NCBI GenBank assembly: GCA_951406725.2
Contig: OX597815.1
Coordinates: forward strand, 19,468,001 to 19,532,000
Length of the DNA stretch: 64,000 nt
Reading direction: 5' to 3'
Source of the DNA: Octopus vulgaris
Lineage: Eukaryota
Positions 13,375 to 27,310 of the stretch are shown piece after piece. The first letter of the stretch is position 1. Every line of letters begins with the position of its first letter. Under the pieces are notes generated by a model that was given only the letters and a program-made list of their open reading frames with translations, searched no databases and was not told the origin of the DNA. The position numbers and the translations under genes are program-made.

Positions 13375-14220
13375 GTCGATTTCACTCGATGGCAGCCTTC
13401 AGGCGACCTCGGAACTAGACGTAGGCCTTCGTCACACTTTCCTGTTTTTGGTCCCTGAAGGCCCTGGTAATCCTGGCCCTCAACTTGTCATTCGTGATGC
13501 AGCTGGATTTGTTAGTCCCTCATTTCGCGTGTCTTACACAAACAAGTCGACGGTTTTGCACTCAAGCGAGTTGAAAGACATAACGTTAGGTGCTGTGTGA
13601 TGGAAGAAATTCTCCGACATCCCTGCATGGGTTTTCGCATGGTGTAGCAGGGAGCAGAGTCTTGCTGCCGCATGAACGGCCTCAGTGTATGGCTCATCCA
13701 GCCGACCCAGCTACCCAGTCAATCCAGGGCTTCACCATTTCACTCAGAACACAGATTTAGCCTTCAGTGTTCAGCATAGGCGTTCAGGGAAGAATTAGGG
13801 TTACATGACGTCACCTCACCACTGACGACACCGAGGACCATGATTGTCTCTGGAAATTTCGTGTACATGACTCTGGGCACGTCCTTGTGTGAGACAGCGG
13901 GCCACCTGTTGCCCTAAGAGTGGATCTTCTGGTCTTGATATAAATTCTTCTCGCCGAAGAACCACAGCATGTCTGGCTCCAGCTAGTGTTTCAACTTATT
14001 AATCAGCTTCCTTTCCTCATTTTATATGAAATGTAACGAATGTCCTTATGCCCCACCAACCTGTTGAGTTTTTCATCCACACCTTTCTCCCCGTGCAATG
14101 GCAAGCATCGACTCGCTGCGATCATTATTGATGATCTCCGGGATTTCAGGGACGAATTTCGGCTTTCTGATGGTGTCAGATCATCACTCCTGTGTTTTCC
14201 ACTCTGTTGGTCCCTTGTAG
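13375..14220 (-). mobile_element. Decayed Tc1/mariner-superfamily transposase, maT/DD37D (Bmmar1-like)
   Basis: Colinear minus-strand motifs: GVDEK..VGHKDIRYISYKMRKG, LINKLKH, WFFGEKNLYQDQK, RW..DVPRVMYTKFPETIMVLGVVS, RPFMRQQDSAPCY, PNVMSFNSLECKTVDLFV, FRGRLKAAIE. Stops and frameshifts throughout. Confidence 0.85.
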
Positions 14221-14224
14221 TCGA

Positions 14225-14450
14225 AAAATGGAACAAAAAACGCAATAGAGGACAATAAAACATTCGGATAGATAAACGATACAAAGGCGGACAAGGGAGA
14301 CAACAATTAGGACAGGCATAAAATACGGGTCATTCGTGGGCTTCTTTCCACAGTCAAGTACCAGAAGTCACAGCCGTTTCGGGCAGTTACACGTGAGACG
14401 GTTCGATCTGGTTGCCTCCCAAAAAGTCTAAGCTAAGAGCCTTAGATACC
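14225..14450. repeat. Dispersed repeat, unclassified (second copy at about 25583-25675)
   Basis: aaaaacgcaatagaggacaataaaacattcgga.agata.acgatacaaaggc is present at both loci; this copy ends at a (TAGA)n tract. Confidence 0.8.
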
Positions 14451-14453
14451 TTT

Positions 14454-14535
<82 letters not shown>

Positions 14536-15099
14536 TAATAGATAGATACACATACACACATACAAACACAAACAATTATAAATTGTGTTTGTGTTTGAAT
14601 GACTGCATGCATGTATGTATGTATGTATGTATTATGTATGTATGTATGTATGTATGTATGTATGTATGTATGTATGTATGTATGTATGTATGTACGTATG
14701 CATGCATGTATGTATGTATTATGATATACATTAATAAACTTTTTATTTAAAAAGTTTGGCCTACAAGTTTCTGCAGAGAGAAAATAATTTTCCGCCTGAT
14801 CAGTTGCTCAAATAACAACACATATTGGAGCACTACTCGCAATGTACATTGTCGCAGTATCACATCTAAACATCAATAGACAGAACACGATTCAGTTGTT
14901 TCGTAATGACTCATGATACAGCATTCTGCAATCTCTGGCTTACTCATGACTTAATAAAGATGTATTAGCGTGCTTACTTCATACTCAAGAAATAGTAGCC
15001 AAATTTCCTCTCGATCAGATTTTTCCTTTACTGTCTCCGGAAAGGAAGAGATTGAATAACACTACACATACACAGACACACACAATCTCATGTACGTCG

Positions 15100-15236
<137 letters not shown>

Positions 15237-15255
15237 TGTGTGTGTGTGTGAGGGC

Positions 15256-15490
15256 TTGAACAGAAACAACACCAAGGAGGTAAAGTTAGACGAAAGCAGA
15301 GCAAACGGGAAACTAGACGAAAACTTAACGGACAGAAATTTTAGACAAAGACACGTTTGCCCGTTAAGTTTTCGTCTAGTTTCCCGTTTGCTCTGCTTTC
15401 GTCTAACTTTTCCTCCTTGATGTTCTTTCTGTTCAATTTTTGATACGTCCATGTAGCGCAACACATACTCTGTTTGTTTACTTTATTTAA
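15256..15490 (+). mobile_element. Asymmetric palindromic element (about 75-bp arms), probable Penelope-like remnant
   Basis: 15256-15331 is the reverse complement of 15361-15436; bounded by (TG)n on the left and (TA)n on the right. Confidence 0.6.
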
Positions 15491-15513
15491 ATATATATAT
15501 ATATATATATATA

Positions 15514-15590
15514 TACTTATGTCCATCTCTTATGTTCCTGCCTTAAGGCTTTCACTTCATACACGCTAGCTCAATTGGACTCGTTCTTTT
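15514..15590. repeat. Dispersed repeat, inverted copy at about 25175-25248
   Basis: cttatgtccatctcttatgttcctgcctt...ctttcacttcatacacgctagctcaatt matches the reverse complement near 25180-25248. Confidence 0.8.
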
Positions 15591-15656
15591 TTAATGCTCT
15601 TCTCGCACCCGATATTTATTGCAAGCAGGAGATAATTCATGCCACCCTGGCTTCAG

Positions 15657-15700
15657 GACCACCGTACCGTGTGGTTTCGATCTTTATTTGATCTCCTCGG
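15657..15700 (-). ncRNA. Hammerhead-ribozyme-like motif (near-canonical core)
   Basis: Minus strand: CCGAGGA-gatc(aaataaa)gatc-GAAA-ccac(acggtacg)gtgg-TC. Stems II and III are perfect with a GUC site; U4>C in the core; stem I not evident. Confidence 0.55.
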
Positions 15701-15808
15701 TGGGGGGGGGGGTACCTTTAAACTGCACTAATATTGCCAGCAATAGCCAAATATTAGTTGTACTACAATTAATCAACTCAAAAATTCCTTGCCCAGCATC
15801 ATTTTTTG

Positions 15809-15874
15809 TATTTTGCTTCATAGAATCCTTTTAGATGATTTTTATTTTGCTTCATAGAATCCTTTTAGATGATT
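15809..15874 (+). repeat. 34-bp tandem duplication
   Basis: tattttgcttcatagaatccttttagatgatt occurs twice in tandem. Confidence 0.9.
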
Positions 15875-16329
15875 AATTTAAGTTTGTGTGCAGAATAATC
15901 GTTTTATTTCAAATTTGGACGTATTTTCAAGGCGGGACATGTAAATTTTGTCATCAACTAATATGATATAATAAAAATGGAATATCTTAAATGGAAAATC
16001 TAGTGCATTTCCAAAAGTGTTTCTGAGAAACCACCACACGAAAAACTCTGAAATGGGGAGGAGTAAGTGCACAGTTTGAAAATTTATCATTTTTTTTTTT
16101 GCTTGTTTTTTTTTAGGGGTGGGGGGAAGAAAATGTTAATTCAAATTGATTACTTGTTCCTGTGATACCTGCTAGAAATTAAACCACATGGAATTTCAGC
16201 AAGTGTGGGAAATACTAATTAATAAATTCAGTTCGTATCATTTGGTGATATAAAATATACATAAGTTAACGATTATATATATATTAGCCTTCAATTTGTA
16301 TCATATTTTACCTGTTATAATATATATAT

Positions 16330-16635
16330 ACACAAAAGCCGTTAGATTCACTTCAACATTTAAGTTTAATTTGTCAAAGTATTTTCGTCGCTATAAGACC
16401 GCGACCTGTTCACTGACAAAAATCCGTGCTGCATCTCTGATTTTTGTCAGTGAACAGGTCGCGGTCTTAGAGCGACGAAAATATTTTGACAAATTAAACC
16501 TAAAAGTTGAAGTGAATCGAACGGCTTTTGTGTGTTTCTTAAATTGTTTATAAATACCTTCCACGTTGCAATTGTTTTCGTTCCAGCACACGATCTCAGA
16601 TCAAATCACTTGCTATGCAAGTATATCTCCGTAAT
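16330..16635 (+). mobile_element. Asymmetric palindromic element (95-bp arms, 14-nt loop), probable Penelope-like remnant
   Basis: 16330-16424 is the reverse complement of 16439-16533 with few mismatches; the + arm runs on to (TA)n at about 16635. Confidence 0.65.
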
Positions 16636-16861
16636 ATATATATGTGTGTCTGTGTGTGTATATATAATATATTGTATATATATATATATATATACAAAAT
16701 GTATACACGCAATACATACATATATACAATACATACACATATATATATGTGTGTATATATGTATATATATATATATGTAATGTGAATCTATATATATATG
16801 TATATATGTGTGTGTGTATGTATGTATATAGACAGACATACATACATACAGACAGACAGAC

Positions 16862-16934
<73 letters not shown>

Positions 16935-17294
16935 TATCAATGTTTATGTGAAATATCTTTACTTTTAAATGACGTCTTTTGAAATTGTAAGTAAATAACA
17001 CAACTGCATTTTTTTTTTATCTCCAACAACAAAGCACAAGAAGGAAACAAAAATTGGGAGACTTCAGTAAGTCAGCGGTTACAACAATAGAATACAATGC
17101 TAAAGGACATACGGCTCTAATATACACAATAAAAAAAAAGTGAAAGTAATTTGTATTCAATAGTGATAGTACTTATATAGTACGGTTTTACGTTTAGAAG
17201 TTTTGAAACGCTGTCGTTTCAATTTTTTTTAAAGATCAAAATATAATTGCAATTACAGATAAAATATATTTGTACTCATACATTGATATATACA

Positions 17295-17604
17295 GTGGAG
17301 GCGCAATGGCCCAGTGGTTAGGGCAGCGGACTCGCGGTCGTAGGATCGCGGTTTCGATTCCTAGACCGGGCGTTGTGAGTGTTTATTGAGCGAAAACATC
17401 TAAAAAGCTCCACGAGGCTCCGGCAGGGGGTGGTGATCCCTGCTGTACTCTTTCACCACATTTTTTTCTCACTCTTTCTTCTGTTGGCCTGCTCGCTTAG
17501 CCAGCGGGGTGGCGTCATTCGAAGGCTAAAACAATGCGAACGCATTGTGACCAGCGATGTGTAACAGCATCTGGTGGTCTGGTCGGTCACATGATCACGT
17601 GATC
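17295..17604 (+). mobile_element. Full-length tRNA-derived SINE with TSD
   Basis: tggcccagtgg A-box, gtttcgattcc B-box; acattgatata at 17280-17290 and 17605-17615. Confidence 0.9.
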
Positions 17605-18084
17605 ACATTGATATACATAATCATTATTTGGGTTGAAAACAATGTCACACAATCATTGCATACTCATATTTGTTTCACATCCCCACTCACTAAATATCTA
17701 TTCTCCTACATTATCTTTTTATTTCATTTTCTCATGTCCTCTTCCGCTTTCCCTCTCACCTGACTTCGCTGACCATCTCAGAAAAAGGATAAACAAATTA
17801 GAAATGAACATAATGTAACAATCTCTTTATTTGCTTGCAAAGAGGTGAAAAGTTTTAAGTTGAAACAAAAGAACGTGGATATGGATGAAGACAACATCAG
17901 ATTTCAAAGCGAGTTCAACTATTTATAGAATGGTTACGATTTCCATTACTTTCATGTTTGTGTATGGAGTGTGATCTATTGACTAAACGATCTAATGATG
18001 TATATTCGTATATGTAGCACACACACACATATATACACACACGCATTCATACAAATACGTATGTGTGTATGTATATATATATGT

Positions 18085-18180
18085 ATAGGTGAGAGAGTTG
18101 GTGTGTGAAAGCACGTGGTTGGATGTATAAAAAATAAAAAAAGAGTGAAAAAAACTACAGAAGGCTTGTGTTATAAGGTT
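18085..18180. repeat. Copy of the repeat family at 33896-34026
   Basis: ataggtgaga.agttg.tgtgtgaaagcacgtggttg...gtgaaaaaaa.tacagaaggcttg is shared; it begins at a TA tract. Confidence 0.8.
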
Positions 18181-18725
18181 AAAGAATATATTTAAGTCGT
18201 TATGTTAGAAATATTTTATAAAATTTTGTGTATAGTAACATAGTTTTTGGAGAAATATATATATATATTCTCAAATTACCTTTTTCTTTCTCATTCTCTT
18301 TACCTCATCAGTTCTCCTTACTAAACATCTCGCCAGCCATTATTCCCACCTGCCGCTGCGCATTATAGGCTTTCAGTGGGACGCATATACACAACATTTC
18401 CACAAATTTATATAAATGTTTGCAGCACATTTATATATACATAATTAATAAGGGTTGTATAGTGAACTAATATTTTAGTTATTCACTTTGTTTTAACTTA
18501 AAACTAGGGGCAATTAGTCATATATTGAAACTCCCTCTTTCAGCAGACGAGAAATTTAAATGAAAGCGACTCCGCCTATTTTAAAGAGTTGTGTTTGCTT
18601 ATAGAACAGCTACTCTTGGTATGACGGTCTAAGGAAAGACATAAAACAATACGCATAAACATGTGTGTATGCATATATGTATGTATATATGCGTGTATAT
18701 ATATATATATATATATATACATCAT

Positions 18726-19005
18726 GTGGAGGCGCAATGGCCCAGTGTTTAGGGCAGCGGTCGGAGGATCGTGGTTTCGATTCTCAGACCGGGCGTTGTG
18801 TGTGTTTTTGAATGAAAACACCTAAAAGCTCCACAATCAATGACAGTGGGGGATGGGAGGCGACCTCTGTTGTACTCTTTCGTCCAAACTTTCTCTCACT
18901 CTCTCTTCCCGTTTCTTGAGTAACGCTGCGATGGACTGGCGTCCCGTCCAGCTGAGAGGAACATATGCGCCACAGAAACCGGGAAACAAAGGGCGCATAA
19001 ATAAC
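18726..19005 (+). mobile_element. tRNA-derived SINE (same head as 17295, different tail) with 13-bp TSD
   Basis: gtggaggcgcaatggcccagtg head; tail ctgcgatggactggcgtcccgtccag...cagaaaccggg; atatatacatcat at 18713-18725 and 19006-19018. Confidence 0.88.
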
Positions 19006-19020
19006 ATATATACATCATAC

Positions 19021-19091
<71 letters not shown>

Positions 19092-20399
19092 GATCATTAC
19101 AAAAGGATGTGTTATAGGAAATTATTAAGAAGTGGCAAATGTTGTATGGAATATGTCTGAGTATTGAAAGATCTGTGATGAAAATAGTACTAAGTTTTAA
19201 ATGTTCACCCTCATACAATACTCACGAGTGATAGTGATTTAAGCAACACTCATTCTGACAGAATTCGTTTCAGTATCATTTGCTACTTAAGTAACTCCCA
19301 TGTCAATGCACACAATCCCAACACTCCTCTCCTTTAATATTTACTCATAGGACCTTAGTAACGTTTTAATATACATCTGTTGTTAGAATTCAGCTGATGA
19401 ATTTTTTTAAGGGTAATCTAAGCATTTTGTCATAGACTGGTAATAGAGGATAATATCAAGTAAGCAAAATTTTTCAAGTTCTAGATTTCAGAATGAATAC
19501 ACACTCAGTTAAAATTCAATTGTGATTTTTTAATATATAGTTTTTTTGCAGAAGGTTCTGATTTAAAAACTCAGGGTGGGAGTAGGATTGACTATGCCTT
19601 CCATTTCTTTGAATGTCATTAAAATAATTACTTGAATTACGCTTTCGACGTTTACATCACACATTTACTATTGTCCTTCAAGTATTAGTCTCATACGTCA
19701 AAATAAATCAATATTAATCCATGATATTTCCATGTCTCTTATAGAATTAAAATACTAGTCTGCTACTGATAATTTCCTTATGTAACCACTTCTGATAGGC
19801 AGCTAAAAGACATGACAATTATATTACATCATAACATGCAAGATTGCATAAAAATGTGCATGTAAAAATCCAATATTTTGATGTAACAATATGTTTTCGG
19901 TGAATCGAGTTTGTACCTCGTTTTCATTAGCAATATCGATCTCTTCTATTTATAGCAGTAATTTCATTTGGATTCATGAACATCCCAGCCTGCACTTCTT
20001 ACATAGAGGTATTATTATCCAAACCTTGTCAAGAACTGCAAGTGTAGCCAATTTGAAAAAATTCCCGGAAATTTTATGAAAATATCACGAAATCTAAAAT
20101 GTTACTAAATTAGGTTATAAATTACAGAATATGATTCTGAAATAATCGATTATATAACTTAGATGTGTTAGAATTGCACTGAGACAATTTTCATGATTCT
20201 GTATCTTAACAATAATAAGATGTATTATATACACTATATGTATGCAACAATGTTCACAGATTGGCATAATGGTAATATAAACCACAGTGGATTATGTATG
20301 TTAAGGTACAAAAAAAATATTTCAAGAAAACCTCCCTAAAAAGGTATCAATATTTTGCAATAATTTCATTCCGTGATCAGATCATTCACCGTGGAATTA

Positions 20400-21350
20400 T
20401 AGTCTAACAGAAATTGTTGAAGTAATGATGCTGCACAACATATTGTCAAATCAACTTCAAACTAAATTGATGCAGCTGACTTGACAGTTCATAATTAAAA
20501 TGTGAAAGCGACAGTTAAGTGAGATTTACTGAAGAGGATGTAAGTATAACGGATATTTCTGTTGATGACTATGTTGATAAACTCAGTGTTATAGCTGTGT
20601 GAGTTGCATTAGTGAGCGTTGATACGGTACTTTATCCTGCAGTGAGTGCCATTAGGGCGAAGGCCAAAAAAGCTGAGTGTTTTAAAAATCGTTTCCCCTG
20701 AATTTAGAGTCATTTAGATCATTTAATTATCACAGTAATGTTCGCCCGAATGATAATCACTAATTGATCTGCCATTGATTTTACTTGATCTGCTAAGGAT
20801 CAACAGGATTGATTGACGTACAAAAAAAAATCTGAAGTTCGTTCTCTGGTCACGAGGAATGTTTTGTAAGCGCCATTAAAATGTAGTTAGAAACACTCGA
20901 TGACAAGGTGTGACTTTGTTAGTCTAAATCCTCAATGACTTAATAACTTTAAGTAATATTTTGGTCGATTTAATCATCACATTTTATTAACTTTTTTTTT
21001 TTTGTGTGTCGTAACCAATTTTCAAATTTCTAAACCTGATTTCAAAAAGCAATATCTAAAACAAATAAAACTGCTTCTAAACCAAATTTCCTTCCTGCTT
21101 CTTGCATTGAAGCTTTATTTAAGATTATTTCTGATCCATGGAAAGCTATTCATTGATTTTTTTCATGCTATAAAATCTCGCAACAAAATAGAAATGAGTC
21201 AGCAGGTTTTACGCAGATTGTCAACAGTTGAAGGGTGAACTTTTAATCAGTTTCTAATCTTGCATCTAAATACCCCGTGAACTACGAATAATGAATGTAT
21301 CAATGATCATTTTTCTGATTAACATCTGATTGCTGCTCTTTGTTGCCATG
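20400..21350 (+). mobile_element. Highly decayed hAT (Charlie/GTF2IRD2-like) transposase
   Basis: Colinear degenerate motifs: ST..IDAADLTV...VK*DLL (cf. DESTD..D.AQL.VF...EELL), LVSVDT..PAV (cf. TDGAPAM), EVRSL-SRG/NVL (cf. EVRWLSRG.VL), LVDL, FSD*HLIAAL (cf. LTD.HL). Boundaries approximate. Confidence 0.55.
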
Positions 21351-23572
21351 TGAAAGGGCTCACCTTGAGGGAAATAATATCAACGATAACACATAATAGC
21401 TCTAATGGGTATTAAATAGTAATTTCCGAGGCGCTAACATATTTCTTGACCGTTTGACCGGTCAGAGAACAGACAGGAATTAATGTAGGAATATTAACAC
21501 AATATAAATTACTTTTATTATTACTCATATATTTAAGAAATAAATGGGTAAATGGTTAGGGAACACCATCTTTGCACTACAGATATTATCATCTATGTTA
21601 GCAATGATTTCCAGAATAAGTTTCAGAGTTTTAAACGGCAAAGACTGTAAGTAGTGACTTTGTGGATAAGGATACCGTCTCAGAGAACCAGAATAGTCTT
21701 CAGAAAAACATTTTATACCTTAACATTTTCAACAGATTTCGAAAACAACTGTCAAATTAAAATCGAATGAATATTAATGGGTGAGAAAAATAATTTCTTT
21801 TTCTGTGTCTTAAATTATTGTAATGAATTATCTTTTTGTGAATATGTTTGTAAATATTGAGGATACTACCATATACTAATAATTGTTCTACAGATCTACG
21901 CAAGTTTATATACACATACATGCACAATTACTTAATACAAATATATGTATAGAAGCACATAAATACATGCGTTTGCGTGTGTATGCAAAGGATATTTGTA
22001 AATGTGTAAATATCAATATTTAATAGGGATGTGGTTTTATAAACATCTTAATAAGAAATCTTAGGTGGATATTATCAGTTACACAATTTTCGAAACATTT
22101 AAACTTAAGACTTGTACTGCAAAATTTTATTCGGAAACAATAAGAGATTATGTCGTAGCAAATGTCTCCCCCTCCATCTCTCCATTTGTCTCCGTCTTTC
22201 TCTCCCTCTTTTCCTCCGCATCCTTTTCTCTCTGTCTCTCCCTTTCTCTCCTCATACTCACAAATCACAAACACACATAGTCACACCTTTACATACATAC
22301 ATATTCTATTTTCATTTATTCTCTAATTTTGTATCAGTATATTATATATTGTCTCTCTTTAACATTATGTATATGATGCATACTAAACACACACACTCAC
22401 ACAAATCTCTATATATATGTATATATATATATATATGTGTAAATTTTGATACGAGATGGATTGAACAAATTTTTATTATAAATCACTACAATTGTTTCAA
22501 GGCCTCATTATCAGTTGTTAATTGCCCAATTTTATATAAATTAGACGCACTCTCATAATAATTCTGCTTGTTACGTCCGTAACGCTTTCACGTAATTAGT
22601 TGAATGGTGGGAGGAGATGGGGAGGAGGAAGAGGTGATAGTGGTGGTGGGTGAAAGGTGTAATTTTTGCTTTTAACTAAGTTTCTTTCTCCGTTACTTAG
22701 CCCGTGTGTAACGCTTTAGCGGGATTAGTTGAGTGGAAAGGCGAAGAGCGAGAGAAAAACAGACAGAAAGAAAAAAGAGAAAGAAATAGAGAGTAAGGTG
22801 AAATGTGAGAGAGAAAGAGGCGAGTACTGTGTATTAAATCTATAAAATTGCACTTAAAGTATATAAACTGTATATATAAACTGTGCATTAAGTAATCATC
22901 TTATTCTAATTTCCTTCACTTTTCAATGGCTATCAGATGAACGACACAGACAGAACACAGGCTACGCTTTCAGGTCTTTTGTATAAAGTTTTCAGAAATA
23001 AGTCAATAAGTTTACCATTAACTCCGTAAAATATTCACGGGTCCACTTGTTTTATTAATTTAATTCAATGATAGCTGTTTATCATCCTCGGGAGACCAAA
23101 GTCAAAGCACTGTTGTATCATCTTCAGTTTCTACACATTTTATTCCCATACAATAAAACTATATTTTATTAAGCCTCTGACAAAGAGGTTCAGGGAAACA
23201 CAAATATAGATATAGATGAGAAAAGACATCTGAAACAAATCGAAGGAAATTAAACAAATAACTACTAATAAAACCACATATTCATTTAGTCACAGGCCTG
23301 TTTGGAATTATAAGAATATAAACAAAGAACGCTTAAAGTTGAGAATGTCATAAATGTCTCTTGTCACTTGTCTCTTGTGTCTGTTACCGTTCCACTTCAA
23401 AGAAAACCAGTTCACTAACTCAGCAGGATACCAAAAGCTGTCGCCTTACAGACACAGACTTGATTTTAGATATATTGTATCACTACTACCGACTATACCG
23501 TGTGGCATTACAAGAGATTAAGAGACACTAGTAAACTAACAAATCTACCTGTACACACAAATATTCATTTAC

Positions 23573-23637
<65 letters not shown>

Positions 23638-23831
23638 TCGCCATGCTGGACCGCTGAAACCTACTAGTTTTTATTTTTCATTTTCACTCTGTTTTTTTTT
23701 CTCCTATTCCTATATATTGTAGAGCGTAGGCTCGAAATCTAAAATACTTTTTCATTTTCCCGAGCGTCAAACTAACGCACTTGCTTGTTATTCATACACA
23801 TTTCTTCGTCTTTTGTTCTTCTATAATTTTC

Positions 23832-23835
<4 letters not shown>
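23638..23835 (+). mobile_element. Short non-coding element with hammerhead-like motif (family of 39395-39588 and 52290-52488)
   Basis: cgccatg start, gagcgtaggctcgaaa, ttttcccgagcgtcaaa; lies between (TG)n and (TA)n. Confidence 0.65.
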
Positions 23836-23893
<58 letters not shown>

Positions 23894-24401
23894 GCACACA
23901 CACACATACATAATTAATATAAACAGCAGGTTGTAATGTTTCACCTAAATGGAGATTTATAATTGACACTAACTGTGACTTGGGTGGAGGTTTTTACACC
24001 CTAGTCATACATCCTAGTTATACATTAAACATATTAACACTAATTTATCCGTTATTTTCAAATGACAATGCGACCTCTGAATTTCTGAAATAATCCATTT
24101 CGAAGCAATTATATATCTGTATAACCACAAAATTCACATTCCCTAAATTTTATCATCACTACTTCTCATAAGCATCGTAAAGATTATGTTTCACTGATAA
24201 GGTCAGATCAGTATTGAAACACGGCTGGTGTTGTCTCCCGTATACTGAAATAGCATTAGATATTGACTATTATTTATTATACCATACCTTGATTTAAGGT
24301 TACCGATTTCAGTGTTAAATAGAATGTCAACTAATATTTGCTCCTGGTCTCTGCACTGTTTGAGGTTGACACCTCTTTACTATGGATGGGCTGTATGTGC
24401 G

Positions 24402-24452
<51 letters not shown>

Positions 24453-25868
24453 AATCCAGAATATTGCTTGAAAAATAACTTTTATAAAAACAAGACCCAC
24501 CCCTTTGGAGTAGCCACCAGGTTTTGCCATTTTCGAAGGCCAAGAATCACTTTCTATTGCAAGAACTGAGCAGCAGTATAAATTTAAACACATTTTTCTT
24601 CTTTCTCTCTTCCTTCTTTCTTTCCTTCTCTTTTCCATTGACTCATTTCAGATACAAAGACACACGCACGCACACACACACGCACTCTCTCTCTCTCTCT
24701 CTCTCTCGCTCTCACTTTCTCCCCATTCCTCACCCTCTTTTACTATCCTATATCTCTCTCCACCCCTACACACTCAATAATACTATAAAAAGAGAGGAAT
24801 CATCTCAAACACATTCAAATCTGAAGTGTCTACTAGAGTAGATGCAAGTAGATTTATAAAAACATGTGACATATTAATAAAAATCTGTAAATATAAAATA
24901 TAAGATTTCTGAGTACTCTATTTCTTCTAATATACAATACCTGTACATCACCTCCAAACCTTCTAATATATATATATTTATACCGCCAGCATTGCCCAAA
25001 CGACCTGAACTTTAGCTTTAAGGTTCATCCAAGGTTGGGACCATGAGCTATACGTCCCCTGGCCAATTCAGGATCACAACATAAAGGTACACTGCGACAC
25101 AATTTATTTTCAGAGAACATGATACACAATTACAAATGCAAATAACAAGATTATAACAAAAGGTGTCTTTCGTCTAAGAATGAATCAAATTGAGCTGGCG
25201 TGTATGAAGTGAAAGTCTAAAGGCAGGAACATAGGAGATGGACATAAGAGAAGTCGGCGTTCGGTAGTCAGGCCAAGAAAGACAGATCATGGCTGGCCGG
25301 ACACCGGTTGTTGTGGAAGGGGTAGAGAAGGATAGGGAGCAGTGGTATTGAAGGATTAGAAAAACTCAGAGACAGGGGAGATAAGCGAGGAGGAAAAGTG
25401 GGAGTTAAAGAAAAAAAGGGCCAAAGAATGTGAGTAAGAGGGGAGGCAGGAAAAGAAAAGAAGAATAAAGTAGGAGGGGGACTAAATGATAGAGCAAAAG
25501 AGTCGTACAGAATTTCGATACATACTTACTATAAGGTGAGCGCAAGTGTGCACGTACGCCGTTATATGTATACATAAATATAAAAATGGAGCAAAAACGC
25601 AATAGAGGACAATAAAACATTCGGACAGATAGACGATACAAAGGCAGACAGGAAAAGCAAAAATTAGAACAAGGTGCTTCATCTTATGTTGTCATGTTTT
25701 GCGTCCTGTAAATTTAAATGCGTGAGTTTTCTCTTGTATACACGCTTAAAATTCGATTTCTGTGTGTTTGTTTCTCTCTCTCTCCCTCCCTCCCTCTCTA
25801 TGCATCTTTCTCCTTCTCCGTCTCTCTCTCTCTCTATCCCTTTGTCATACATATGTGTGTATATATAC

Positions 25869-25922
<54 letters not shown>

Positions 25923-25994
25923 AGATTTGTATGCATGTATGTATATATGTATATATACATGTATATATATATGTATATATATATACAAATATAT

Positions 25995-26044
<50 letters not shown>

Positions 26045-26889
26045 ATGTATTCCTACAGACAAACTGACGAACACGGACAGAGAGAGAGAGAGAAAGAGAC
26101 AGACAAACAGAGACAGAGAAATCGAATTTTGCGTGTATACACGAGTAAAAACGCTTGCATATAAATTTACAAGTATGAAAACTTGACAATATCAGATGAG
26201 AGTGTTTATCTGTGTCTGTTTTTGAATGCGTATAATTACGTGAGAACGAATATGACCGCGTATGAGCCTGCGTGCGTGAAGGCATATGCATGTGTGTGTG
26301 TGAGGGAGCGAGCGTATTGTCTGTGTGCGTGGGTTTGTTGACAGTGATTCCCAATTATCATTAAGACTCTAGGAATATGGAAGGACAAAAATGAATGATG
26401 AATGATAACTACTCATGACGTATTGAGGACATAAATGAATCCGGCTGGGAATTGAGCACAACTGTATTTAATTACAATTGTTGCAGTAAAAGCTGGCTTG
26501 ATTGCAGAGGCGGAAGAGTTGCTGTCTTAGCTGTTTAATTAAAACAGCAGTGTTGAGATAATTTAATCGTTGCGATAAGCTGATGTAGTTTTCCTTAGAA
26601 TGCATCCTTTGAGATTTGGAGTTAACAAATTCAGTCTATTAAAATGACTATTAAAATGACGAGTGGGTAAGAGTATATTCTAGCGCATAATGTATAATCC
26701 GAGTGGAATGCGGCCGTTTTTGTGATGTAAAAGAAAACCTTATGTTTATGTTATTCAGAAATGATCTTATAAGCATTGTACTAAATATATGTTAAAATTA
26801 GTCTGAAAACGATTCTTAAACTAAACATTAAATACCAAAAGAAATGTAAAATTTAAATGAATGCTCGTTGTTAATATTATATTTTTACA

Positions 26890-26940
26890 AGGCGGCGAGC
26901 TGGCAGAATCGTAAGCATGCCGGGTAAAATAGTTAGCAAC
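26890..26940 (+). mobile_element. SINE 5' fragment (family of 58867)
   Basis: aggcggcgagctggcagaatcgtaagcatgccggg matches the head of the 58867 SINE and is cut off before the 26977 element. Confidence 0.75.
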
Positions 26941-26976
26941 ATATATAGAGTTATATAGAATGCAGATAGTGTAATA

Positions 26977-27310
26977 AATCAGACCTGAAGATTGGGTGTA
27001 CGTCGATCTAATTGAGTATTGAAACTAGAGACCTTATATCTCAAAAATACTGACATACTATCATGAAACACGTGTTGTCTTTAAAACAGAAAGTATGGGA
27101 TTCTGATTAGATATAGTAAGTATCAAATTTAATATTTGATGGCTTGGTATAATATCGGGTATAATATCTTCCAATGCTGATTAGGTTGAGGGTGTTTCTG
27201 TCTATAAAACTGCTTTTATTCATATGAATAAAATATTGAGAGAAGTTCACTTTAGTACCTTTAATTTGAATGTCTCATTCTTGTGGACTCGAATTAATTT
27301 TCCCTAATAA
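26977..27310 (+). mobile_element. Diverged copy of the 8718-9045 element
   Basis: agacctgaagattgg...tattgaaactag...taatttgaatgtc...ttccctaataa aligns with 8740-9045 and ends at (TAA)/(TA)n. Confidence 0.8.

Noticed and set aside
22568-22740. tgttac start and twice-repeated gtaacgcttt...attagttga.tgg motif
   Set aside because: No matching LTR end or TSD found; cannot be classified.
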